A stretch of DNA of 64,000 bases from Lama glama (lineage: Eukaryota): the NCBI GenBank assembly GCA_028534125.1, contig CM052816.1:74216001-74280000 (forward strand). Direction: 5' to 3'. The position numbers and the translations under genes were made by a program. The notes under the pieces are model-generated. The model did no database searches and had not been told where the DNA came from. It saw only the letters and a list, made by a program, of their open reading frames with translations. Positions 14,621-26,000 of the stretch are shown here, piece after piece. Positions within the stretch are counted from its first letter, which is position 1, and each line of letters starts with the position of its first letter.

Positions 14621-15095
14621 TATACTTCAAATGGTATATTTAGTCTTGTATTTCACAACACATAACAAGCAAACAGACTTGTTTCAATTTTATGCTGTAG
14701 ACTAGCTGCTCTCATCTCCAAATTTCAGGACTGCAAACATCTTCAAACCTTCTGAAAGAGGCATGAGCAAAATTGTTATATATGTGTCATTGAGAACAGA
14801 CAGAAGCACAGAATGTTAAGCAACTTTCCAAAAAGGCAATGCATTGTCCTGGGCATGAAATTGCGAGGAATCTTTTTCAAGATTTATATCAGTTAGCTAA
14901 ACTAGTAAGTGCTCAGCAAATGATTCCATCTTCTGACAAGTGAAAAGTTGAAGAAACAAAAATCTTACTTGAGGAAGATCTCCTAAAAATAAATAAGTTT
15001 TTAGGAAAAGGGAAGATAAGTTAGAAGAGAAGGTATAGATGAGGACTTACAGGGAAGAAAAATTCCAAAAGAATTCCAACCCACATTAAGGGTGA

Positions 15096-15158
15096 TCAGG
15101 GATGGGAGCCTGGAATAGGTCAGGGATGGGAGCCTGGAATAGGTCAGGGACAGGAGCC
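15096..15158. repeat. 24-bp tandem repeat, about 2.6 copies
   Basis: TCAGGGATGGGAGCCTGGAATAGG twice, then partial TCAGGGACAGGAGCC. Confidence 0.9.
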
Positions 15159-17294
15159 CTTGGTACCTTGAAGACATCAGTCCAGCATCACCATTTCAAT
15201 AAGCAACTTAGATATCAAAATCGATGGTGTGGTTACTCCTTGGAGTGGCAGTATGACATTGGAATACTTTATATTCAGCTATTTGATCACTTTATTTCCC
15301 AAGGGAAAATCTTAACAAAAAACTAATTGGGATGATTGAACATGCAAATGACCTAGATTCAAAATCTTTTATTTCAAAAATAAAAGTGACAGGGAAATAA
15401 GGCTGCAAAACACAGGGATGTCCTTTAGAAAGGAGGTCATAGCGAAAATGGGAGTGGGAGGGAGGGAGCTGAAGAACCAGCAGCCACAGACTGTGTCAGA
15501 ACGATTAGACCCGTGAAGTGCCGTCAGAACATCTCAGGATGCCAACCCGCAACAGGTGCGGGGAGCCTCACTGTCACTCTGCTTGTTGAACCAGATAAGT
15601 CTTCAGTTCCTGGAACACTGTGAAATAGCTCAGAACTTGGAATAAAACAAACCCTTTCCTTCCTTGTCGGTCTTTCTTCCAACACACCCGGCTCATCCTT
15701 CCTCACATTGCTCTTCCGCGCTGTTCAGGAAATGCCTTCCCGCTGCCCCCAGACAAGTGGCAAGTGGCCCAGCTGGACATTCAGGCACCTGGTGGTCTCT
15801 CAGCTTTCCTCTGTGACATTCTTCACACATCCCTGAGGCTGCAAGCAGAATGGCTGTTTCAGGGGTCCCCTCAATACCCCGAGCACACATACAGACTTCC
15901 AGGAGCACAAAGTGAAGGTGCTCACAGGATTGTTGAATCTCTCATTTTGCATCTGAGAAACAGATCCAGACAGACTCTCTAGTTAGTGGCAGGGACAAGA
16001 CTAGAACCAAATTTCTTTAATTTATCTCTTTTCACTGTCAGTCCACCAGCCAGCCTGACAGAAGGAATGAATATCTAAAACAAAATTTGGGGACTTAAAA
16101 ACCAAGCTAAGGAGAAAAAAGCAAACAGCTAACTACCTATTTTCATTTGAGATCTACTCAAAAGAAAATTTAGAAGATGAAAATATTTTCTCTTGATCAG
16201 AGAGGATTTCATTAGACAACTCAAGGTCATACCCTACTACATGCTCCACAAGAGAATAATTTAGAAAAAAATCTTTTTTCTCCTCATACATGAAATTTCT
16301 GTAAGTTCTGTAATGGCAAAAAAAGTATATTTGACTTAATAAATATAAATGGCTTTTTATTTTGTGCCAAAAATACCATTTTACCAAATCATAGCTTAGC
16401 ATTCATTACAGCCATGATAGGATATGCTCATCACTCAGAGGCAGCATTAAACCTTGCCTGTTGTTAGTCTTTTCAAAGAAAAGCCCCTGGCCCACAAACT
16501 AATTTTCCATCTTCTAAACTATGCCCAACTCATTTATTTTGTGTGTCTTGGTGTTACATCTCCCTCCTATACACCATGTCCATCAGAACCAACTCACTCA
16601 TTTGTCAATTCACACTCATTTCTCTCTCCTGTAAGCCCAGCACGTCGGCTGTCTGTACCACAGAAGCATTCACTATATGTAGTCGTGCCTTGTTATTTGT
16701 CTTATGGCTGTGGTTTATCTTCCTTATTAAGAGCTACTATTTAATGAGAGCTTACAATAAATAGCAGGTGCTCAATAAGTAGGGCAAACACAGAATTTGT
16801 CATTCAAACCAAGACACTTTTGAGAGTAGAAGGGGGTGCTATTAATAATCACACTGGGACAACAGGTGTAAACCAGGGCTTTCCCTGACGGACTGTGACA
16901 TATGGTCACCCTATCAATTAGTGATAGTGTGGCAGACATCGTAGCCTGGCTCTCTCAACATCTTTATTAACTCTCCCTTTCTTGATTTCTTCTGCTATAG
17001 AGGCTGGAAAGCCCAATTTCTCTTTCTCTTGCACAGCTAGGGCTGTCCAGAGACACAGTTCTGGCCAATGAGAACCTAGTGAGAGGTTTCTGATACCTTG
17101 TATTTCCTGATAAAAGGAGATAGTTGCAACTAGTATAACTCCTTTCCCTTTCTTCCTGTGTGGACCTTGTCTGGAGGTGTAGCAGCCACCTAAAGACCAT
17201 GAAGTGATAAAGATGAGAGCAAAAGGAAGGATGGCACAGCAGAAAGGCAGGAATAAACTGAAGCTAAAACAAAGCTATCAATTGCCTATTGCTC

Positions 17295-17680
17295 TGTGTG
17301 AATGTGTCCAGCCCCTCCCTGCCCCCACTTCATATGTTGAAGACCTCAGCCCCAATGTGATGGCATTTGGAGACAGAACCTTTGGGAGGTAATTAGGTTT
17401 GGATGAAGTCACAAGGGTGGGGCCCTCACATTGGGATTAGTGTCCTAATAAGAAGAGGTCAGAGAGCGTTGCCCCCCACTTACTCTCCTCGCCTCCCCAC
17501 TGGCCACACGAAGACACACCAAGAAGGTGGCTATAAGCCACAAACAGTGCTCTCATCAGAGCCCGCCCATACTGCCACCCTGATCTCAACATCCAGTTTC
17601 CAGAACTATGAGAAAACTGATTTCTCTTTAAGCTTCCCAGCCTATGGTATTTTGTTATGGCAGCCTGAACTGACAAATGC
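17295..17680 (+). mobile_element. MaLR solo LTR (MLT1A-like), next to an older MLT1 fragment at ~16925-17230
   Basis: ttcatatgttgaagacctcagccccaatgtgatggcatttgg...tatggtattttgttatggcagcctgaactgac. Confidence 0.8.
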
Positions 17681-17734
17681 ACCTATCTAGACTGCTGCTT
17701 CTGCAAGAAAAAAAAAACTTTTATAGCTAAAAGC

Positions 17735-18117
17735 TTAGCCTAGCCTGCCTTAAACGTGCTCAGAACATTTACATAGGCCTACAGTCGGCCAAACTCACCC
17801 AACACAAAGCCTATTTCATAATAAAGTATTGACCATCTTATGTAATGTATTGACGGCTGTACTGAAAGTGAAGAACAGGATGGCTGGATGGGTACAGCAT
17901 GATTGGAAGTGTGTCAGCTGTCTACCCTCATGACCACGGGGCTGACCAGGGGCTGTGGCTGCTACCCCTGCCCCTGCCCACCATCACACAGAGCATCGAC
18001 CCACATATCGCTGGCCCACGGAAGGAGCCAAATTCTAAACTGGAAGTTGGGTTTCTACTGAACACATATCGCTTTCACACCATCATAAAGTCAAAAAACC
18101 ATGTTGGGAACCATCTG
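17735..18117. mobile_element. Tigger-family DNA transposon (MER47/Tigger5-like)
   Basis: Recognised by recall: ccttaaacgtgctcagaacatttacataggcctacag...gtttctactgaacacatatcgctttcacaccatcataaagtc. Confidence 0.7.
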
Positions 18118-19009
18118 TACATACTTCCATCATTACAACAGCCCTGAAAGGTGCCTGTAATTATCCTCATTTTTCAGATGAAGAAACTAAATTTCTAAAG
18201 GACTTCGTCACTTGTCCAAAGCCGCCCAGGCAGTAAATCTCAGGGTCTGATTTCCAGTCCAGGCCCTTCTGACCTCGGAGTGTGTGCTGCAGCCTCACAC
18301 ACGACAGACGCTGCTGCTTTCCAGGTGCTGTGAGCAGGAGCTGGCGTGTCACAGGCAAGCCCCACTGAGCAGATGCGGCAGGAGAGGATGAGGATGAGAG
18401 AGAGATCATTCTCCTCCACTTCCTTGCTCTCACTCCCACCCTAAGCAGCGTGAAGCGGCTGGTCTCCCACTCCACTGTGGAATTCTCCACCAGTAACAAG
18501 ACGAAATGTCCAGTTCAGCAAACGTTATTTTAAATTAAGCACTTGCCTACTTTATGCCAGTGGTACAAGATGCTCCCCAAGAGCCATGCAGATACAACTA
18601 AATCATCAGCTAGCAGGGCAAGGTGGATACATTAAACTGATCATTTACATGTAACATGCAAAGCACTAGGCTAGACACATGCACAGGAAGGGCGAGCGCC
18701 CACAGAGCCGCGGGGTATCACCAGTGTTCAGGGAAAATTTCCTGAAGGAGATGATGCCTGAAAGAATCCGCGCCTGTGATCAGGCAAGTGCTAAGATAAG
18801 GAAACGTAGATCAGGGAAACAGAAAGTGAAATGTGGGTTTTTCTTCAATGTACCATTGAATTTGAGACAGTATAAAGGGTGGGGAAATCTATACCTTATC
18901 GTCTGTTCCAGTTCCTCAAGGAACTGGTGCTGCCAGTAATGTCCAAGGGGTATTTGTCCAAACTAGAAGTTCAGAAAGGTTTAAGAGGTTTTTAAAAAAA
19001 AATCTTCAT

Positions 19010-19130
19010 AGGGAGAGGGTAATAGCTCAGTGGTAGAGTGCATGCTTCGCATACATGAGGTCCTGGGTTCAATCTCCAGTATACCTCCATTAAAAAAAAT
19101 AATCTAATTACCTGCCTGGCAAAAAATGTT
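19010..19130 (+). mobile_element. tRNA-derived SINE
   Basis: A and B boxes; TSD AAAAATCTTCAT on both sides. Confidence 0.88.
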
Positions 19131-20883
19131 TTTAAAAAATCTTCATGATTAAATATGATCAGAGTGTATTTTGTTAGCCAAGAATGGGAGTAATAGTCTG
19201 TATTTGAATCTTAGTCTCTGTTCTGATGAGCAACTTTCACCAAATAATCTAGCATTGAACAAAAAGATTTGTCACCTATTTGCAACTCTCACTGAACATT
19301 CTAGCAATGAGAGAAACAGGTTTAAGCCAAGAATCCAGTTACTTAGCCCTGTAGTATCCTAACCTTTAAAAATGTTGCATCCTGTTTTCTATAGATATTA
19401 ACCATATCACTTCTTTTATTGTTTTGGTAAATCTTTTTACCTTTTCTTGGCAGACGGTAGACACCAAACCACACAGACTGGTTCTCACGTGAATGTGCTG
19501 TGCTTAAGAGTGACTCTCTCTTAAGGAAGCCTGAGTTTAGGCAAGACAGAGGCATCCCTCTTCACCTTCCACATCACCTTCTCACCTCTCCATCCAAAGC
19601 CCACCACCCAGCCCGCACTCATCCAAAGAGCTTCTCTGCTTCCTGCGAAGATAGCAATTTTCTAGCATGTGCAAATGACAGAACACAAACACACTAATAC
19701 AAGTTTGTTTCAGTGTTACACAGAGTGTTCTCAAGAGGCATGAATCTTCACTGTGGCTGCTCAAGGCTTAATTCCAAAACTCTGAACATGTTGCTAAATT
19801 GGCTGCTTCTGGCTACACACTTCCTGCGTGAGTGAAGGAGGCTGGTGACTGTCATGTATTGGGAACAGGGCCAAACCAGGTCAGATCTCCCAAAAGATCA
19901 AAGCAGCCCCAGCTTTCAGGATGTGTCTGCACACAGAAGACTTTTCACTGGCTTCCCAGTCTCATCAAATTGCTGAAGTTCCAATGAAAGATCAAAACAT
20001 CAGATCCACATTCCACGTGGCCTGTGCTGTGCAGGTGGGGAGACCCACACCTCCGGGCTTGATGGTCCCAGTGAGTCCCACTTCTTCCATTCTAGTTCCC
20101 ATCCAGCCCTCCCCGACTCCTCCACCGTCTTTCATACACATGTTCTCTCATTCTGTTGTAATCCACACTTTTCAGATGCCATCTCCAGAGGGTTTTCATT
20201 GCCTAGAGAAAGATATGACCTGTCTTCACTGTAACGGGCTTCTTAAATTCATGCTAGGACCTCTCTTTACACCTGTTCCAAAGGGTCCAGAAGGAAGAAA
20301 TGACCTCCCAGTCAGTTAGTACTTAGGGAGAACCTAATTTGTAAGGCTCTGTCCTAGGATCAATACGGAAAATAAGTACACTGTACAGAAGAAGACTGAG
20401 CCATCAGTGGTATGCAGAAAAGCTCGAAAGAGAAAGACAGATGGAAAAAGCAACAATGAAACTGGATGTACAATATTCCTTTTTTATTCCCTTTTTTTTT
20501 TTTTGCTTTGAATTCTCTGAAATGTTAACCATGGTCATCTCTCTAGCTGGGATTATAGACAGAATTATAGATAATTATCTCTTCCACATTAACATTTATG
20601 CCTGTGCTTCTGGCATAATACTAGCTACATGGACATTTGCTATGTGCCAGGCACAATTCTAACAGTTTTACATGAATCAACTCATTTAATTCTCACAACA
20701 ATCCTAGAAGGTAGGTGCCATTATTATAGGTCCCCAAAAGTTGAGGTACAAAGAGGTCAAGCAAGGGCACACAGTAGGTGAGTTGCAGAGCCAGGATTCA
20801 AGCCCCGCAAGCTGGTTCCAGAATTAGACTTAACCACTACTTCTCACTGCCTCTGGAATACTTACTGTTTTAGAATACATACT

Positions 20884-20996
20884 GTATAAGAATATGAAAA
20901 CAAATATGTGTATGTGTGACTGGGACACTGTGCTGTACACCAGAAACTGACACATTGTAACTGACAATACTTCAATTAAAAAAATTTTAAAAACAA
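20884..20996 (+). mobile_element. Extremely truncated L1 3' tail
   Basis: ...gctgtacaccagaaactgacacattgtaactgacaatacttcaattaaaaaa; TSD TAGAATACA(T/C)ACT at 20871-20883 and 20997-21009. Confidence 0.8.
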
Positions 20997-21158
20997 TAGA
21001 ATACACACTTTATAATATGTCTTATAGTAAAGAAATAGAGTATTTCTTTATGATAAAGAAAAAAGATTAAGAAATGAAAAGAAAAAATATAAGACAAGGT
21101 AGTCAAGGAGAGCGAAGAGACAGGGTGAAAGAGGATGGATTTAAAAGGAAGTCAGGAA

Positions 21159-21329
21159 TCGGGGAGGATATAGCTCAAGTGTTGGGGCACATACCTAGCA
21201 TGCACAAGGTCTTGGGTCCAATTACTAGTACCTCCTCTAAAAAAACCGAAAAATAAATCTACTTACCTTCCGCCTCAAAATTTGAAAAAAAAGAGATATA
21301 TTTAATAAGGAAAAATAAATAAATAAAAT
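21159..21329 (+). mobile_element. tRNA-derived SINE (more diverged copy)
   Basis: ggggaggatatagctcaagtg...; TSD AAAAGGAA(G/T)TCAGGA. Confidence 0.82.
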
Positions 21330-24300
21330 AAAAGGAATTCAGGAGAAATGACTAAGAGTTACCAACAGTTGACATGAAAGGTCATGACAGATGCACCATC
21401 ATTTTAGCCCTGGCCATCTTATCACTAATCAGTCTATAGCAAACTTGCTGTCTTTGTGCTTAAATGAACATTTGAAACCAAAATGTACCATATGCCCAAA
21501 GAGTATCAAAACTAATAGTAAAGCTAAGGGTATGGTCCTACACAAAGGAGCATGGAGAGGAGTTTTTTTTTTTTTTTTAAAAAGTAAGAAGGGAAATGGT
21601 CTGGCAGCATGCACAATTCCAAAGGGCAGCAACCAAATTATTCAAAGCTAAAAATCCTGAGTTGATAAAATAAATAATATTCAGTATGTGACAAGGAAAA
21701 GTAACGGTACTCTTCCTCCTCACCATCCCAGCATTGACCCCGACTGTTTTTCCCCATCCTCCTGTATAAAATCCAAATTACTCACTCAATGACTACTAAT
21801 CTGGAAGAACAATTCCTCCCTCTTCCAAGAGCTATACTTGACCAACTCTTTCTGAAATTAGCTGAACTTTGGATTCTCTGTCTGAAGTCCTAGGAAACAT
21901 TTAGCCCGCCTTCCCCAAACCAGACGTTCTTAGGAGCTTTCCCAGGCTGGGCATTTGCAAATAAAGGGTTATGCTAAGGAAGCTCTGGCTGATTTTCTTC
22001 CACCCACTACGCTGCAAAAATGGAGGAAGGAGAAGTTGAAGGGGTGGAGTAAGAGAGCTATATTCTCCCTACAATAAGAGAAAGGACATACATTTTTATC
22101 TAAAATTGGTAAGTCAAGGACCAACCACATAAGCGAATGATTTGAAAATAGGGAGGTATGTGAACAAACAGCTAAAAGCAGAGAGTGATTACATCCAAGG
22201 AGGGGGCTGTTGTTTGGTTAAAATCTCTCTTAACATGCTCTAATTCATAAAATTAGATGAATGCATTATTTTTGATAACAATTTAAGCAGTTTTTAAAGT
22301 AAAAACTTGCAATTTAAAGTAAAAAACTGCAATTACATAATCAAGTGTGTCTACAAATTATCCCAACTACATGACCCCGACAAATGTAGATGTAGAAAGT
22401 TTTCTTGGTGGCTTAAGGATTGGGAAGAAGGCAGTCTAGCGAGCAGCTGGTTTGGCAGACTTGCAGGTGGGAAGGATGCCTCTGTCCACACCACTGGGAG
22501 GAGGCAGTGAGCCACAGTGGATTTTTGGTCCACCACTCAGGCCTCCCAGAGATTCTCTAAATTGCAGGATTTGGCTAAATAGGATACCCAGGGCTTTCTG
22601 GAAAAGCATCAGGTTCTCAGTTCTCCATGGAAGATGAAGAGTAAAGTTCTTTTTAGGTTCCTGTTCTCCAAATTGGTTTTTTTTTGTTTTGTTTTAGTTT
22701 TCCTGTGCAACTCTCTTAACACTCAATTTTTTCTTTTTACTCTCTTTCCTTCAATCTGTGAGTTTTCTTATCACTTAATACCCTTTTTCCCTACACTTTA
22801 ATTTTTCTTTTAATCTTAAATTCTTCCTGCCATCCCACCTTATCTCTATTCTCACCTAGATATCCTCTGAGTCCTGGCTGATAACTCACGTTCAGAGACA
22901 TGCCAGGTGATTTTAATTTTTGTCTCTTAATTTTCTAAGAAGTTGGTTGAAATGACTTTGAGTCTTTTGAACACAATTTGCCCATCTATAAAACTGGTTA
23001 ATTTCTCAGGATGCTGGATAATAATGACTGAGTTACCTTTGAAGTTCTTGAGAGAAAGTAATTTAAGAACTTTGATCTGCTTAATTCAAATTGTAGACTA
23101 TCGTCTTCATAAGAAATTTGAATATTTTCTTTTTTCTTGAAATTGATCATTTTAATTCTAGAGAACTTTTTCTAGAACGACCATAGGAAATGACAACCAT
23201 AGAATGAGACTAATTTTGTAAACAATTTGTCCTTTCAACAACTGAAAGAAAATCAGCCCAATGAATTAAGGCTCTTCAGTCTCTAGAGAGATACTGTATT
23301 AAGAGTCAAAGAATACAGTTGGATTTGACATTTATTTTAATATTTAAGTTTCTCAAAATGGACTAGATGTTTGGCTGCAAACACGAGCCTACTAAGACAA
23401 ATACTTTTTCTTTTAAAACTCCAAGTCTAGCTTTCAAATTTTCCAATCACATGCTATCAATATATGTATTTACCATATATGGTCCTTTAAAAGTATTTGA
23501 ATGGGGCCATTGCTCTGCTCAAATTAAGCCTTAGCTAAAAATCTTAGCCAAGAGCAGAAAGGGCTCTAAAGCCTGCCTGTAGTCATTACTGGGAAATTTA
23601 GATTTCACACAGAACTGCCTTTGTTTTAAATGCAGTTTAGTTATTACAGAAAAAGCACACACCTTAAACTAAATATCAGTCCACATTTTTTCCTAACACA
23701 GAAGGAAGCCTTGCTGAAGGTTTTTTCAGGCTTACCACTTAACAGTGGTCAAGCCAAAAATAAATCCATGAGGGCTTTACTAGGCAAATTCACAGCACAC
23801 ACACCACCAGTCTATGGAGAGCTGGACTTAGCTTTTTCACTATTAGCTTCTTTCTGGGCCTCCCACCCACATGCCCCCATCTCCTAATTAGAAAGCTAAT
23901 TAGGACTCCAAATTTAATGCTAAATAGGGAGGGAGATCTGGTCCCAGGCCAGGATTCCTTTAACATCAAACTCTCTCCTCCAGCCTTCTCCCTCAGTGCA
24001 GTGAGCTGTGGGAAGAGAGCTGGGCCAGCAGGACTGATTGGCTGGAGGGCAGTGTTTACTCTTAGTTGTCTGAAAGGGATGATCTGTTTCACAAATGGCA
24101 AACTCTGAAAAGGTAAAATTAAACATGTCTTGGGCTTTTAGTGCTTTAAGGAAAAGAACAAGTATCTTATAAGCTCAATTATTATTACCATGGTAACAGG
24201 AGGGGACTTAGGGCGATCTCCTCAAGAACAGTTCCTGGTTCCAGCCAGGCACAGTGCAGGGAGACTTCTTCAGTTACCATGACAACCAAAATTAGAAGTG

Positions 24301-24879
24301 CTTTTGCAACACTAACAGAAACCATCTTTTTGAAGCTCTTCTGTGAATCACATTGAATACTGATGATGCAAGCTTCAGTGATACATTTTTTTCAAACATT
24401 AAAAAAACAACAGCACCACCATATTGCCATAAACAAACAACTAGCTTTAGATTTCCCTTTGCAATCTTGACTTAACTTGGAATCGATTTTTCGGTCTGGT
24501 TTTGTTTGTTTCCCTTTTGGATTCCCGCGGCCTCAAGTGCAAAGGCGACTTGTTTAATTTCCAAACTTGTCTGAGCTGCACGGGTGAGAGCTTAGATTGT
24601 GGTTCCTTCGCTCTCCGTTCGAAACAGGGCGAGGAATGGGGAGGGGGAGGGTGGGTCTAACAGAGAGCCCTCTTGTCTAATAAACTCGGGAGGACGAAAA
24701 CCGGGAGCGGGGTGGGCAGAGGGGTCGGGAGAAAGGCTGGGAGGGACGGAAGAGGAGGGAAGGAAAAAAGTGCAGATGGCTGAATCTTCGCCGCCCTTAT
24801 CAGGGCTAGGAGCGCCTTTATCTGTTGCCTTGACCTCTCCATCTGCTCAAATATTGTCAGGCACACAAAAGCTTATCAG

Positions 24880-26000
24880 ATACGGCATTTTAAAGACCCT
24901 GCTGCGAAACTCTCCGGGCCGCATCGCGCAGTCCTCGAGCTCCTAATATTACAGAAGGACCTCTGGGAAGAGGAGACAGGTCCTTCCTTACTTGCACAGT
25001 CTTGCAAAAGAAGCCTCTTTCTTTAAGGCGCGTCGTGGTGTGGAGTGTGGTGGAGGATTTCATTCCCTTCTGCACAGCGGGTCAATGTCAGTTCCCTCCA
25101 CTGCCCACGGCCATCTGGGGTCACGCAGGTCCCCGGCCATGGTTACAAACTTGAGCTCCGGGCTCGCGGTGGCGCGCAGCTGGTGTGCGCGGGGCGAGGC
25201 GCGGGGCTGCGTTTCCCCGCTCACGTGTGGGCGCGCGCACAGACACGGGTGCCCGCACCAAGCCGGGACTCGGGGACACAGGCACACACGCCCCAGGGCT
25301 CACGCGGCACCCAGGAACCGGTCCTCTTCTCCCGCGGGCAATGGGCCCGGGAGGGGACGCCCCCAAAGAGCGCCTAACCTTCTCCTGACCCCAGTTCGCC
25401 CATCCCCGCCGGGAACTGTTTCTCCCTTTACCCTCGGGGTTTCTCCCTTTACCCTCGGCGCCCCTCCCCGGCATCCAAGAAGGGGAGGCTGGGTGTGGGT
25501 GCCGCCTTCGAGCCCCGAGGGCCCTCGCTTACCTTGGTGGCGAGCCCCGCTCGTGGGCTAGGCTGCAGGGCGCCAAGCCAGGCACTCGGGGTGGTTGGCG
25601 CGGCGGGGGCGGTGCGTGGGTGTCTGGGCGCAGCGGCGGCGCTGGAGGCTCCCGGAGCTGTCAGGGGCGGCCGACCTGACCAACAGCGGCCGCGGCAAAC
25701 CCCGCCCTCCGGCGCTGCCCCAGCCCCTCCGCCGCGGAGACTGAGGCGCCCCACACCGTTTCCTGAAGGACCAATCGGGAGCGGGGGGCTGGCCTGGGGG
25801 AGGGGGGAACAGGGAGACCCGCCGATCGCGCACTGGGACACTGTCCTGGACCTCGTAGGCCGGTTTCTATGGCAACCAGGAGGTAGGGGCTGAGGGAGAA
25901 GGGCACGCGGCTCGGGGACACCCATCATAGACACTCGAGGAGGGGGTTTTGGCCCTTCCGCAGAGAGGACCCCCCCCCCCCAGTGCATGGATGGGAAGCG
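24880..26000 (-). promoter_or_regulatory. NIM1K: CpG-island promoter and non-coding first exon(s) of the next minus-strand gene, probably NIM1K
   Basis: CpG island ~5.5 kb beyond the ZNF131 3' end; minus-strand donors CAAG|GTAAGC (exon end 25533) and GCAA|GTAAGG (exon end 24992); CCAAT 25771, E-box 25222-25227, X-box 25863-25876. Gene name rests on the known ZNF131-NIM1K gene order only. Confidence 0.7.

Noticed and set aside
1..24880. NIM1K kinase coding exons
   Set aside because: No kinase motifs seen in the ORF track or by eye; coding exons presumably lie beyond the left edge of the window
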